From contig OZ218954.1 in the NCBI GenBank assembly GCA_965112735.1, positions 2,604,001 through 2,668,000 of the forward strand: a stretch of DNA of 64,000 bases. The letters are read 5' to 3'. Both the position numbers and the translations under genes were made by a program. The notes beneath the pieces are model-generated. The model was not told the origin of the DNA. It worked only from the letters and a program-made list of their open reading frames with translations, and did no database searches. Positions 23,376-35,479 of this stretch are shown here, in pieces. Source of the DNA: Phaeosaccion multiseriatum (lineage: Eukaryota; Protista; Ochrophyta, other classes). Every line of letters starts with the position of its first letter. Positions within the stretch are counted from its first letter, which is position 1.

Positions 23376-23472
23376 TTCAACCCCTGATACACTATCGTCC
23401 ACATTCTTGATAGCGGATAGCGCGCCGGCTGGCGCCGGCAATAGCGGATAGGATAGTGTATCAGGGGTTGAA
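23376..23472. mobile_element. 97-bp MITE-like hairpin element with 21-bp perfect terminal inverted repeats (copy 1)
   Basis: TTCAACCCCTGATACACTATC (23376-23396) / GATAGTGTATCAGGGGTTGAA (23452-23472); homologous copy at 54560-54680; no clear TSD. Confidence 0.75.
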
Positions 23473-23614
23473 CAATAGAATCGATAATCGCCCCAAAATG
23501 GGCGAAACAAAGATTGATAAAAGTTCCCATTGACATAAAACATTTCCAGGGGGGTCTGGGCTTTTGTGGTGCCACAGGAAAAAGCCGCCCTTTCAGAGTA
23601 GGAGAAGGAGGAGA

Positions 23615-24537
23615 AGTGAGTGCATGTGGAGGAAGGGAGGGTGGATATGCGTCGACCGGCTAGACCCCCTTGTCTTTGAGCTTTCTCCCGATTACAGCAG
23701 CCGAAAGATGATGTGAAGAGCGAGAGCCAAAGCCCCCCCCCCCCTCACTTGCTCCTCAGTCCTGCTGTGGCTCGCTTTATGCCCCCCCCCCTCCCCTCCT
23801 CTTTTCTCAATCCTTGGCACCGCTTTGTCTCGCTCTGCTCTTGGCTCCTACAGTGAAGCAGAACCCGAATGTGGCGTCCTCCCGGCGCAAGAGCCGGAAG
23901 GCTCACTTCGGTGCGCACTCCACTCAGCGCAGGCTCTTGATGTCCGCTCCTCTCTCCAAGGAGTTGCAAGCCAAGTACAACGTAAGTATGGACTGATCCT
24001 GCAGCGGGTGGGGTGTGGTCGGCACTGTGTAACTCAGGTCGGGACGCGCGACGTGGACACTCCAAAAGAGAGAAGAGAGGTTATGTATCTATTATTCACG
24101 TTCTCCACTGTGCCTTCCTGCTGCTGCTATGCTCGGTCAGGTTCGGTCATTGCCTGTGAGGCAGGGTGATGAGGTCATGGTTGTGCGTGGGTTCTTCAAG
24201 ACTCGCGAGGGCAAAGTCAACGAGTGCTACAGGAAGAAGATGGTGCTTCACATCGAGAGACTGACGAGGGAAAAGGCCAATGGTAAGACGGCTCAAGTGG
24301 AGAAGCGCCACCGCTATGATATGTCGTCTCCCCAGAATGGCACAAACCCTCAACTCTTTACTCGTCGTGCTGTTGTCAGGTGCCACGGTGAACGTTGGTG
24401 TCCACCCCTCCAAGTGCGTGATTACCAAAATCAAGCTTGATAAGGACCGCAAGGAGCTCTTGGAGCGAAAGGACAGGAGCACGGGGGGCAGCAAAGCCAG
24501 CGGTGAACAGGACGTGAACATGGCGGGCGTGGACTAA
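23615..24537 (+). CDS. RPL26: 60S ribosomal protein L26 (uL24), 4 exons; start codon predicted to be split A|TG by intron 23616-23853
   Basis: [32 protein letters not shown]|[35 protein letters not shown]. Confidence 0.97.
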
Positions 24538-24697
24538 GTGTGTTCCTTGGTGCTTGGTTGCAGGTTGGACTAAGCGCAGTCGAAGCAAGAGCTCATTCTC
24601 CTCGGCGCTGGAGTAATATATGAATGGCGTGCTCCACTGTTGGCTTTCTCTTTGCTCTTTTGCAGCGAAGGGAGCTCCTACATGATTTCCACAATCC

Positions 24698-26456
24698 TTA
24701 GTTGTTTGGTTTCGACGAGACACTAACACCCGCGAGCAAGTCCGCCAGCTCTTCCACCTGCTCCTCTCGTTGCTCTCCTTCACCCCCCGCCCCGCTCGAC
24801 TCCTCTTGCCCCTCTGCGCCTGCTTCCTCGTCTTCGACGTCTTCGTCGTCGTCATCGTCTTCAAAGTCGGGGTCGTTGTCGTCCATATCGCCCAACACAC
24901 TTTGCATACCGTACGACTCCAACACCCTATTGATCATGGCGAGCCCTTCCTCACTCAACCCGTTTGCATTGAGCTCCAAGCATTCCAGCGACTCGAGACC
25001 CTTGACAGCCTTGACTACAGCGACGGCACCTCGAGTCCCAATCTCGTTTTGGGAGAGCTGAACTTTGCGCAGTTTTGTCAAACCCCGCACACATCGTGCC
25101 ACCTGTCCGGAGTTGGAAGCGAGAGGGCAATGGAGTTTAGCAAAGGGCCCCTGAGGGAAGCGCTGCGGGGTTCCATCTCTCTCACCTTCAGGGCCCCCGA
25201 CGTTTTGATTTCGTTCTCCTCCAGCCCGAGATATGTAAGCTTGCTCTTAGTCGCCACGCATCTACACACTGAATCGATGGCCTCCTTGGAAATGTCGTTC
25301 CCAGAGAGATCGAGCTCCGTCAAGCAATTCGATTGCACTTTCATCAGCGCCTCAGCCACTGCAATCACTCCGTCCTGGCCAAGTGTGGTGTGTGTGGAGA
25401 GAGGGAGGGAGGGAGTAGGCACAACACGTTCAGGTTACCCATCACCAGACAGAGGAGGTGGGCGTTTTCCGACCTGCCTCACCTCTAGGCCTCCGTCCCT
25501 CAAACTGAGCGAGACAAGCTGTTCCTGGCTCTCCAGTGCAGTCGCCAGCATCTCGCCCCCCTCTTCTCCAAAGGTGTTGTCCGCAAGGTCCAGCTTCGTC
25601 AGCCTCCCGCACTGCACGGCCGGGCAGCGTGTCAAGGCCTCCGCCACAGCCAACGACCCTGGAGTACCCGCTCTAGTTCCACTGAAGCGCAGATCGGTGA
25701 GGTCGCAGCTATGTGCCAGAACATCTGCGACTGCTCGAGCCCCCCCGTCGCCGCTCATATTGTTGTAAAAGTGAAGGCGCCTCAACGAGTCCACTGACGC
25801 AACAATGTCTCGCACGGCCTCCATCGCAGACGCTGATAGCCCGTCGTTGCAAAAGGCCAAAGACAGAAGCCCACTTTGATTCTCCAACGCTCCGCGACAA
25901 GCATTTACACCCTTCTCTCCCATGGCGTTGTCCGACAAGTCAATGTGCTGCAAGGCCCGGCCTGCCACGGACTGACAAATCGTCTCCAAGACTTGAAGCG
26001 CAATGTCTTCGTGCCGACCGGCAATCATGTCACTAAAGTCCACCTCAACAAGAGAGGAGCACTCCTGCGCTCAAACCGACGAAAGATAGGCAGCAAAAGC
26101 TACCCAGTGTGAGAGAAAGAGAGAGAGAGATTTAGACATCCGAACTCGGTTACCTTCAAAGCGGCGGCCACTACTTCCGCAGCTTCCACATCGTAGCTCT
26201 TGTTCGACAGCCGGACCTTCGTCAGAGTGCTGAGCTCCCTCCCCTCCAACGCCTTTTCCAGCAGGCTTCGGGCCCCGTCCGCCCCCACCAGCTCCCGCTT
26301 GCCGTCATCCAGGTCCAGCAGGAAGGGGTCGCCCTAAGCCACGAGTTTCAGCAATGCAGAGGGAGAGCACGCAGCTCGAGTCAGCACATGTTAAGGGGAT
26401 GCACGCACTCATATCTCCACACGCCTCACCGCTTCAAAGCCAGAGAAGGACGCCAT
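24698..26456 (-). CDS. RANGAP1: Ran GTPase-activating protein (LRR domain plus acidic tail), multi-exon
   Basis: LSNKSY, DFSDMIAGR (RanGAP 'SDxFxGR'-type motif), DLSDNAMGEKG, LRRs and a D/E-rich C-terminus. Confidence 0.92.
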
Positions 26457-26548
26457 CTCTTTAAGGGAATCTTAATAAATCTTTGCTCCCCTCTGTTGCC
26501 ATCCTTGCTCGAAAAATGCAAACGTAACCGCATCTACACGCAAAGAGG

Positions 26549-27439
26549 ATGTTCGAGGATGTCGTGAAGGGTGTGCTGGCCGATGACTGGGCCTTTCTAA
26601 AATGCACAGCCTTGTGGAGTGCTTTGTGGCTCGTCATCATAGCTCTTCCCCCAGGGATGATGGACAAGGTGCGAGAGGTGCTTGAGGAAGAAGCGAGTGA
26701 GAGGAACCTGACATTTGTGTTTTGCCTCCCCCCCCTTTCTCCAGACGTCTGTAATGAGGCTGAGTGGCGTGCACGGCCTCACCTGCTCAGTCTACTCTGT
26801 GTGCACGCTCGTCTATGAGTGGGACCCCGGGCCGTGCGCAGCGGCAACAATTAGTTTTTTTCTGGTCGACATGTTGGTTATGCTGAAGAGGGACAGCGCG
26901 GAGCCGGTGAAGAAGAGAGAATCTTCTTTGCGGAAAGTCGAATACGCGCATCACATCATCGGCATATTCTTCGGCGTTTATATCACGTACAACCAGCACA
27001 ATTTGTGTACGGGGGAGATGGGTGGAAACCTCTACACCTACGCCCAGACCAATGAGCTCAGCACGCCGCTTTTCGCTCTGTATCGGCTGACCAACAATCC
27101 TCTTGTGGGAGGTGGCTTCGCTTTGGCGTTTTTCCTTTGTCGCATCGTGTTCAACTTTTCAGTGTTTGTGCCCTACGCGTGGCGGTCGTGCAATCGCTTG
27201 CCCTTCTTCTTGATCATCCCTCTCTACCAGGGTATGCAGGTGAGAGAGAGAGAGTGTGTGTGTGAGAGAGAGAGAAAAGTCTTATACGTCATATTGTGGA
27301 AATCGTCCCCCGTTCTTCCTTGCTTACACTCCTCCCACCGCACCCCCTCCCCCCCAATAAAAAGTGTTTCTGGATGTGGTTGATTGTTGCGAGAGCGCTC
27401 AAAGCCAGGAAGACCAAGTCGGTCGAAAAGATTGCTTGA
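26549..27439 (+). CDS. TLC (TRAM/LAG1/CLN8) domain membrane protein, 3 exons
   Basis: FFLVDM, YAHH, ELSTP, FALAFFLCRI and final FWMWLI motifs typical of TLC proteins. Confidence 0.85.
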
Positions 27440-27558
27440 GCGGCGGCTCTTCAACATGTTCGCTCTTGGGCGGGCCATACATCCTTCTAGCCCAACATCC
27501 CCCCCCACCCCTGGGCGCAGAGTTCAACCGACGGGAGCCGCCAAGTAGGTTATTGGCG

Positions 27559-29924
27559 TCATCGCCAAGGCTTCACTCCCAGCTGCACCCGTGTTGCATC
27601 CATGATTTCCATCACCGCAATGGACTCTTCTGGAGTAAATTGCGGACAATATGTCAGACCTGCCCGGATGCAGCGGTGGACGGCCTGCGCTTCGTACTGG
27701 AAGCCAGTGCTATTCGGGTAGTTGAATTCTCCCGTGTCCTGGAGGAGAGGGGGGGGGCGACAGAGAGATTCGCCAGGGAACAGCAACAGCGAAAGGGAGG
27801 GTCAGCGGGAGCGAGAGGGGCCGGGGGCAGCTCTGAAACCTCTCACCATGACGGCTTGGGGAAGAGGGGGGAGAGGGGCCTCAAAGGCTTGCGCTGAGAC
27901 GTTCGCTCTCCCGGGCAGCTTGGTGTGCACTTCCATGGAGGTGGGACAGTGCCCAGGGCCCAGAATCTTAATCCTGCCCTTGGTCCCGATGTACAGAGTC
28001 TCCTCGGGCGTCTCTCCCATCAAGTTGTAGGTGATGTGCCCAATGCCCGTGCTTCCGTACAGGGTGCTGATGCTGGCGGCCATGTCTACGCCTGCGAGAT
28101 GGAGATGGAACAAAAATGGTGTGTTTGTTTCCCGTGTCAGGAGTGAGGGATGCCCCCTTGGCTACATTAAGGCAATAAATAGCCCTCACCTGTTGTGTCG
28201 TCCTTTATTCCCACGGCTGTAGTCTGAGACGGTTGGACTCCCTTAAAGCCGAGCTGGGCGGCAGCAATAGGGTAAGGTGCTACATAGAGCAAACCGCCTC
28301 CTCCAAGCTTGTGGGAATACATCTGCGCGCATGGGTGTGGGGAAGGGGTGAACCTGACGAAGAATATTGCACACCCTCGGCCCACCCTTCCCTTACCTGG
28401 TGGTCTGGGTACTCCGCAACATCTGTGGCGTTGAAGCCAAAGTCAGAGTGCACAGCAACCACGTCCCCAATTTGGCCACTGCGAATGGTAATGATTAGGT
28501 CGCTGTATAGTATTCTAGAGAAGTCGCGCTCGGCCAACCAACCGTTTGTCTCCTCACCTTTCCATCAACTCCCGCGCCTTCTCCACTGTGGGAAAGAAGC
28601 GCGTCCACATGCCCTCCATAATGAAAACACCCTGGTGGTAGGCAGGTCATGAGGTGCGGCACAATGTCAGCAACACTTTCGTTCCTGTTCGAGGTATGTC
28701 TGACTTCATGAACACACACACCACACGCAGAAAATATACAGTGCTCATTCATTTCCAACACAGATCTCAGTTAGGGTGCGACTTCGTCAGCGGCGACACT
28801 AAGACTGTTTCCATGGCACCTGCAGAGGCAGGCACCATCTTAGGGACCTGTGCCCCCCACCAACTTGGGGTAGAGCGTCGATGGTCGGGTAAGGGTTAGG
28901 TTTCAGGTTAGGGACAGCCCCTCTTTGGCCGCTCAATTTTCCAAGTAGGCCTAGGCCCAGCGGCCTTCTAGGCGGCCTAGCTCTAGCCCTAGCCCTAGGC
29001 TGACCTGCGGCCCTACCTAGGCCGGCCAATTCTACAGAAGAGCCCTTGGCCGCTAGGCGTGCATGGACCCAAATAACATGTCCACCCCACACACACAAAC
29101 ACACACACACACACGGACCTTGGCTTTGGCAGCGCTCACAAGCTCCCTCGTGTCTTCGACAGAACAAGTCATGGGCTTCTCCACCAACACGTGCTTTCCC
29201 GCATTGATGGCTGCAAGCGCCGAGTCCTGAACAAGCGGGGCAGACAGATGAACGATCCAAGCGAGAAATGAGAGAGGGGGGAGGGAGAGGGAGAGAGAGG
29301 GAGAGACAGAGGGAGGGACGTTTGTTCAGTGGCGAGGTGGGGGGAAGTCGACAGCTATTAAGAGTGGAGTTGAGAAGGGGCTCTGGTTTACACGCTAACA
29401 AGAAAGGAGAGAGAAAGCCCCACCCAACAGCCCGTGTGTGGTGTATGTGTTCTACCTTGTGATAGGGATGGAGCATGGCCACGTAGCAGATCTCCACTTC
29501 AGGGTCGTCCGCCACTTCCTTGTAGCTGCCGTAGCGTCCTCGGATACCTGGAGCAGACGGGAACGCCCCTCACTTTAGCGAGCATGAAAACAGAATCGGT
29601 GGCAAACCCAAAACCGAGTCAAGGCCTTGAACACACCCCTTCTACAACTTAAGTCGGTGGGGCGCACAAGGTCCTACGGGTGTAGGAGTGTATAGGCCCT
29701 AAGATAGTATCAACGACAACAACTAGTGTCTTTACTGGTCTTGCTTGTTGTAATTTGGGTGTGACTCGGTGCTTACCATGCTTATCAGCAAACTCGTTGG
29801 ATCTATTGATGTCTCTGCAGCCAACAGCGCTGACTACCCCAGCCGAGGGCACAGACTTAAGCGCTTGAACGAAGTCATGGCAGACCCGACCTGCCCCCAT
29901 GATGCCCCAGCGCAAAGGCGGCAT
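27559..29924 (-). CDS. DHDH: Gfo/Idh/MocA oxidoreductase (dihydrodiol/D-xylose dehydrogenase-like), multi-exon
   Basis: LRWGIMGAGRV, YGSYKEVADDPEVEICYV, GKHVLVEKP, MEGMWTRFFP, LGGGGLL, GFQYEA, IMDATRVQLGV. Confidence 0.9.
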
Positions 29925-30610
29925 CTCTGCATGTTGTGATCCCGTGGCGCCGATCTATGGACGAGGAGGAGGAGGAGGAGCGGGAGGAGGAGGAGGAGGA
30001 GCGGGAGGAGGAGGAGAAGTAAAAAGCGTGGATAGATGCACTCATTTGGTTCACTATCATTCGCACCCCCTCCATCCCTCGACCCCTCTCACGCGCATGT
30101 GACAAGCAGACACACACACACCCCACGCTTCTTCCTATGACTCCCCCTTTCTCTTCTCTTCTTTCTCGAGCTTTGTTGTACAATCTGCAGGAGCATGGAG
30201 ACGGAAAGGGACGCAAATGGGGAGCAGTCGCTACTCACCCTTAAATCCAAGGGTTCAGTGGGAGTGAGGGTCATGGGGAATGGAGGGAAAGTAAAGGGTA
30301 GACTTCTTCTTTTTCTGAAGGGGGGGCGGGAACTTGGAGTGGTGGTGCTTCATCATTTCGATTGCCATTTGATTTTTTTTTTTTTTCCCTTGTTGTTGTT
30401 GCTTGTTGCTTGCTGCGGTCTTTTGTTTCCAGCATGGCCGAGTGGATGATCTTCTCAACGCCATGCGAGTCTCAAATTCCCCTTCGTCCGTCGCTCTCGC
30501 GCTGAAGCACGTCCCGGGACGACTCTGCTGTGGGGAGGAGTGTGGATGCCAAGGTTCAACGAGCGTGGGGATAAGAGGGAGGAGTGTGGGGACAGAGGGA
30601 AGACAGCAGA

Positions 30611-31990
30611 ATGTTTATCCTTCTCTACCTACTGCTGGCTGTCTTCCCTCTGTATTTTGTTGTCTCCCTTCCGGAAGACGCGGGGCTCCGTTCGATGCTG
30701 GCATCAGTGGATGCGGTGTACGTGCTCAACTTGGACAGAAGCCCCGACCGTCTGGCCCGTATCGGGCAGCAGCTGTCAAGGCTAGGGGTGGCTTCTTTTC
30801 GGCGCGTGCGGGCAGTGGACGGCTCGCTTCTGTCGTCCACTCCCAACCCCACGGCAGGCGTGCTGACCTACCACTTCGGCGGGCTCTCCATTCGGACGTG
30901 GGACGTCGAGGAGCTCGAGGGCTTGGAAGCCGATGAGGGGCCCCATGCAGAGAGAGTGGCCATCACCATGTCTCACTTAAAGGCTGTATGCCAGGCCTAT
31001 CGTCATAATCATAATCGAGTAATAGTGCTCGAGGATGACGTGAGTTTGGCGGGAGGCAGTGAAGCAATGGGCGCGGGTGATGTGCAGGCCGTCCTGGATG
31101 CCCTGCCCGAGGGGTGGGAGGTTCTTCAGCTGTCGACAAACATCGCCTCTCCAGCTGTAGCGCAGCAGCTTGGTGGTTTGTGGAAGACAGGGCACTTGGC
31201 CATGAAGAGGGACCCTTGTGGATCTCACTGGGTGCAGTGGGGTGCGTATGCCTACATTGTAAGCAGGGAGGGTATGCGCACCCTTTTGCAAAGATACTGG
31301 CCGGAAGCCCTCTCCGTCGGGCCCGAATTTGTGTGCGACGAGCAACACGACGAGCAAGGCGGGGAGGCCACTGCCATTGGTTTGAGGGGCTCATTCGACT
31401 TGACGGCGACGTCCAACTTCTTTGCAGATTATCTGCTCTACCGCCTGCCGAATGTGTATGTCATGACACGTCCTGCCATCTTACCGCCGCGAGATTTTAG
31501 TCCAACACACGAGCAGAAGGGAAGGACAGTAAGGCTGGTGGACAGAGCTCGTGCTCTGCACTTGAGCACCTTTACTGAAGCAGAGCAGCAGCAGCAGCAG
31601 CGGCAGCAGTGCTCCTCCATCGTATTCTCCGGGGAACGTGGTTGCAAGCGCCACTTTATTGGGAGCTCGCCGACACCCTACATATTCCGTGGAAACGATG
31701 CTTGCGAAACGGTGCTTGGGGGGGAATATACTCGCAACTCCGCCAAGTGTGCCTTCCTCACGGCCAGCTTGTGGGACTTTTCAAGACTCTGTGAGGTGCA
31801 GGGGGGGCAGGAGGACGAGGCATGCGATACTTGCATGGTGCTGTCTGGCTTTTACCAGCTAGTTGAGGTGTGTGAGAGTACGGGTGGCGCGGCCCAATAC
31901 TGCCGAGACACTATTGGACATCAGGACGGCGCATGCGCTCGATTACAAGAAATGTGGCCAGGTTTCATTTCGTTACGGGTCGATGAGTAA
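30611..31990 (+). CDS. Glycosyltransferase family 25-like protein with N-terminal membrane anchor and Cys-rich C-terminus; intronless
   Basis: VYVLNLDRSPDR, RVRAVDG, SHLKA, IVLEDD and AYAYIVSREG are GT25 signature motifs. Confidence 0.85.
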   Translation: MFILLYLLLAVFPLYFVVSLPEDAGLRSMLASVDAVYVLNLDRSPDRLARIGQQLSRLGVASFRRVRAVDGSLLSSTPNPTAGVLTYHFGGLSIRTWDVEELEGLEADEGPHAERVAITMSHLKAVCQAYRHNHNRVIVLEDDVSLAGGSEAMGAGDVQAVLDALPEGWEVLQLSTNIASPAVAQQLGGLWKTGHLAMKRDPCGSHWVQWGAYAYIVSREGMRTLLQRYWPEALSVGPEFVCDEQHDEQGGEATAIGLRGSFDLTATSNFFADYLLYRLPNVYVMTRPAILPPRDFSPTHEQKGRTVRLVDRARALHLSTFTEAEQQQQQRQQCSSIVFSGERGCKRHFIGSSPTPYIFRGNDACETVLGGEYTRNSAKCAFLTASLWDFSRLCEVQGGQEDEACDTCMVLSGFYQLVEVCESTGGAAQYCRDTIGHQDGACARLQEMWPGFISLRVDE

Positions 31991-33654
31991 GGGAGGAGGC
32001 GGGGGCCTTCTTCCCTCCGGATTGCCTGCCTTGCCAATAGCGATGGCGGCGTGTTGTTGTCCAAAGGCTAACCGCGATGGGCGAGTCAGAAGGATTTGAT
32101 GACGAAAGCCCACAGCCACGTCCGTCAGAACAGGGCGATCGCCACCTTCCCCTGCGGAGGTGACCCCAGGCACCACATGGGGGGCCACGGTAACGTCATT
32201 GCTGCCGAGTGTAAGCTTGAGCAGGGACCCGTCGCTGCGCAGCAAGAGAGGGTCGGTGAAGACTGTGTCTACGAGCCTCGCTGAGGACCACCCAAAGCCC
32301 GCGGCTCCAGTCACTTCTAGGGGCTCCGTGTGCATGACCTTGGGGTGTCCGTCCTTGGCTAGACCCGCCATCCAGAGCAAATCGTCTTGCGTGCGTATCA
32401 CCGTACAGTGAGACGAGCACACCACTTCCGTTGCAGGGCTTTCCGTTCCTACGGAAAAAGGCTCCGGCAGCAAGAGATCTTGGTGGCTTAGCTGAGCAGC
32501 ACCAAAGACGAGAACGGAAATCAAGCAACAAACAACAGCAGCATCAGCATCACTGTCAGCGTCAGCTCTCCCACACCGCAAAACCGACGCAAAAAGACCA
32601 CGGTGCTTTCGCCTGACGTATCATCAGAACCATCGAGTGCTAATGTGAGGCGACACGCGACCCTTTACTTACCGTTTTGCCGATCTTCTTCTTCTCCTTG
32701 AGTAGGCTAGACTGCATCCTACCCCACCGGTACACGAGACCGTCATCGCACACCGCCGCGCTGTGGTTCTGCCCACTTGAGATGGCTAGTGCCTTGACCC
32801 CCGCAGGTAATTCCACACGCCCAGGAGGGTTGAAGTCCAGCGTTCTGCCATTGCCACATTGTCCCGCCATCCCTTTACCCCATGCAAAGACTTGGCCGTC
32901 GTCCGTAAGAGCCACGGTGTGCTGGAAACCGAGGGCCACGTCCACCACGCGCTGGTCCCACAGCTCCGGCCCGCCGGACCTCACCGCCAGGTAGATGTGG
33001 TCTGCTTCTCCGACGCCGCATTGCCCGAATCGATTCTGTCCAAACATAAAGAGCTGGCCACATTCGCTCACCACTGCTGTCACCGCGGCCCCGCACCTGA
33101 CTTTGGTTAGCACCTTGAGCACACCCTCGGGTATTTCTTCCACCGGAGGCATACCCACAGGTTTCCCGGCGTAGGCCTCAATCGGTGCCGCACCGACGTC
33201 CATCACCACTGGTTGCGGAATAATGTACTTGTCTGCCAACAAGCCAAGCCGGTTAATGACCTGCGCTGCAAAGGGCCACATCTTTTCGATGTTCTGCATC
33301 CGCAAAACGTTCTTTAAATCCACTGGCCTGTTGGGCATATACACATGGACGGGCTGGATCAGCGTTCGTTGCTTCTGGGCAAGCAAGAGTTTTCAGACAC
33401 ACGCACCTTCCCCAAAGGACAAGTTTCCCGCAGTCTGTCAGGCAGGCTGAGTGGCCCCAGCCCGCTGCCGCTGAGACAATGTTCTCATTCTGTAGCGCCC
33501 CTACCAACGTGGCTTCTGGCTTGTCAGCAAAGTCCGCGTGGCCAAGACAGCCGAGGAGACCCTGCCCCTGTGTGTAGACGTGATACTGTCTTTTCCGACA
33601 ACGCCCCCTCCAAGAACTACATTGCGCCTTGGCCAAGCGGAATACATTGCGCAT
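31973..33654 (-). CDS. RCC1-repeat protein with mitochondrial-like presequence (RCC1L-like), multi-exon
   Basis: Repeated RCC1 motifs (AAGWGHSACLTDCGKLVLWG, FGQNRFGQCG, ALGFQHTVALTDDGQVFAWG); Arg-rich N-terminus. Confidence 0.85.
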
Positions 33655-33742
33655 ATCGCGGCTATTTGGAAGGAAGGAAGTGATGTTCGCGTGTTGGTGA
33701 TTCAGTATGGCACCAAAAGGTGAAAAGGTGCACTTTTCTTCT

Positions 33743-33790
<48 letters not shown>

Positions 33791-33976
33791 CTCTGCGAAA
33801 GCAGAAGCTCTGTGGGCAGTTACATCGCTGTAGAGCAAACCTTTGCGCCCTGAAGGGACAGGAGAGGAAGCAGTGTGGTGAGAGAAGGGAGGAGGGAGAA
33901 GGGGAAGGTAAAGAAAAAGAAGAGGAAAAGAGAAGGTTAAGGTGTCCTCATGGATTGGTAAAGCAAAGACGACAGG

Positions 33977-35440
33977 ATGGCGTACGACTCGCAACGACGA
34001 GACGAGCTTTTGGCTGAGGCCCGCCGCCAGCGAATGGCGTGGGTCGAGGAGGCCAGGTATATAGTAATGGCGAGCGAGGGCGAGGAAGGAACAGCAGTAG
34101 CCGCAGAGGAAGGGGGGGAGACTGCTCTGCAGCAAGCTTTCCCGGGGGCCGTGACGCTGGTGGATATTCTCTCTCGCGTGGTGGGCGATATGCAAGACGG
34201 GGAAGCGCGGCTCGGCGGACAGAAAGCGGCAATACGAGCGACGCTATCGTCGCTGCTACGGCCGTACAGGGTGCGTGAGAAGGGGTGGGTACAGGAGAAG
34301 TTGGCCCCATCACACGCCGTGCTTACGTTGCACGCTCTTGGACAGATTGCTGATGTGGATTTGTCGGACGACCAGCCCATTCCGGGCTACGCTCCTCCGC
34401 CTCCTTTCCAGGGAGGGGGGGGGCGAGGTGGAGAGGCCCATCCGCCGCGGCCTCTTTCCACGGTTAGCAGTGCGCATGCCTACGGAATCTTCCTAGACAA
34501 GCTGAAGCACCCCTTGGGGGCTGATGTGGTTAAGACGCTGCAGCAGTTCATCACCTCTTTCAAGGTAAGGTGGGTGAGAAGGGCGTCTTTTATTCCGCTG
34601 GCGGACTGCAGCGTAATCATGCCCTTTCCCCCTTTGTGCTGCTGATGCCCAGCAGAATAGTGCAGGGCAGGGCGCTGAGCTAAAGTCGGCGGCTGCCATG
34701 GGGGGCATGCTGCAGGCCTTTCTGCGCAGAGTGGAAATGTCCATGCGAGACAGCGCCCTTTGGAGCAACGAAACGGAGCAACAATGGTGAGGAGTGTGTT
34801 TGGATCAAAGTACCATATGCGCTTACATAGGAAAGACAGACCTCGATGAACTCATGCCCCCCCCGCTATGAACCGTCTCAAAGGGCCGACACGTTGGAGT
34901 CCTTGGAGCGATTTGTCGTCCACAAAGTCTACGACAGGTGAGTGAGGTGGAGTACATTGAATAGGGGAAGAGTGCCACCAGGTGGTGTCTTAGCGCGACC
35001 TTCCGCTGCTCTGCTACCCCGTCTGCAGAGCCTTTGCCTTGAGCGCAGACGATCGAAAGGACCAGGCCTTACACAATCGTCTCCACTCCCTGTCCTTCCT
35101 CACCTTTGAGCACCTGGACATTGCCTCGATCGCCAAGGTAAGAGCGTGATAAAAATTGTTTCGCTACTCGATGCATGGACGGGGAAGTGCACCTTTAACA
35201 GCGCCTTTTTGCCAACCCCTCGTACATGGCAGGCAAGGGATGGGGGTGCAGAGGTGGACTGGTCGGCGGCAGAGGCAGAGCTGCACCGAATGTGCGAAAT
35301 GCGCTGCCCAGGGGACAAGCTGGCAAGTGTGCTCAGGTGCGGACCAAGACTGGTGTGTGTGCTGAGCTGAGCTGGACTTGCATGGAGACATTTCCCACTC
35401 ATCGTTGTCTTCGAAGTAGATGGAAGTAGAGCGTGTCTCA

Positions 35441-35479
<39 letters not shown>

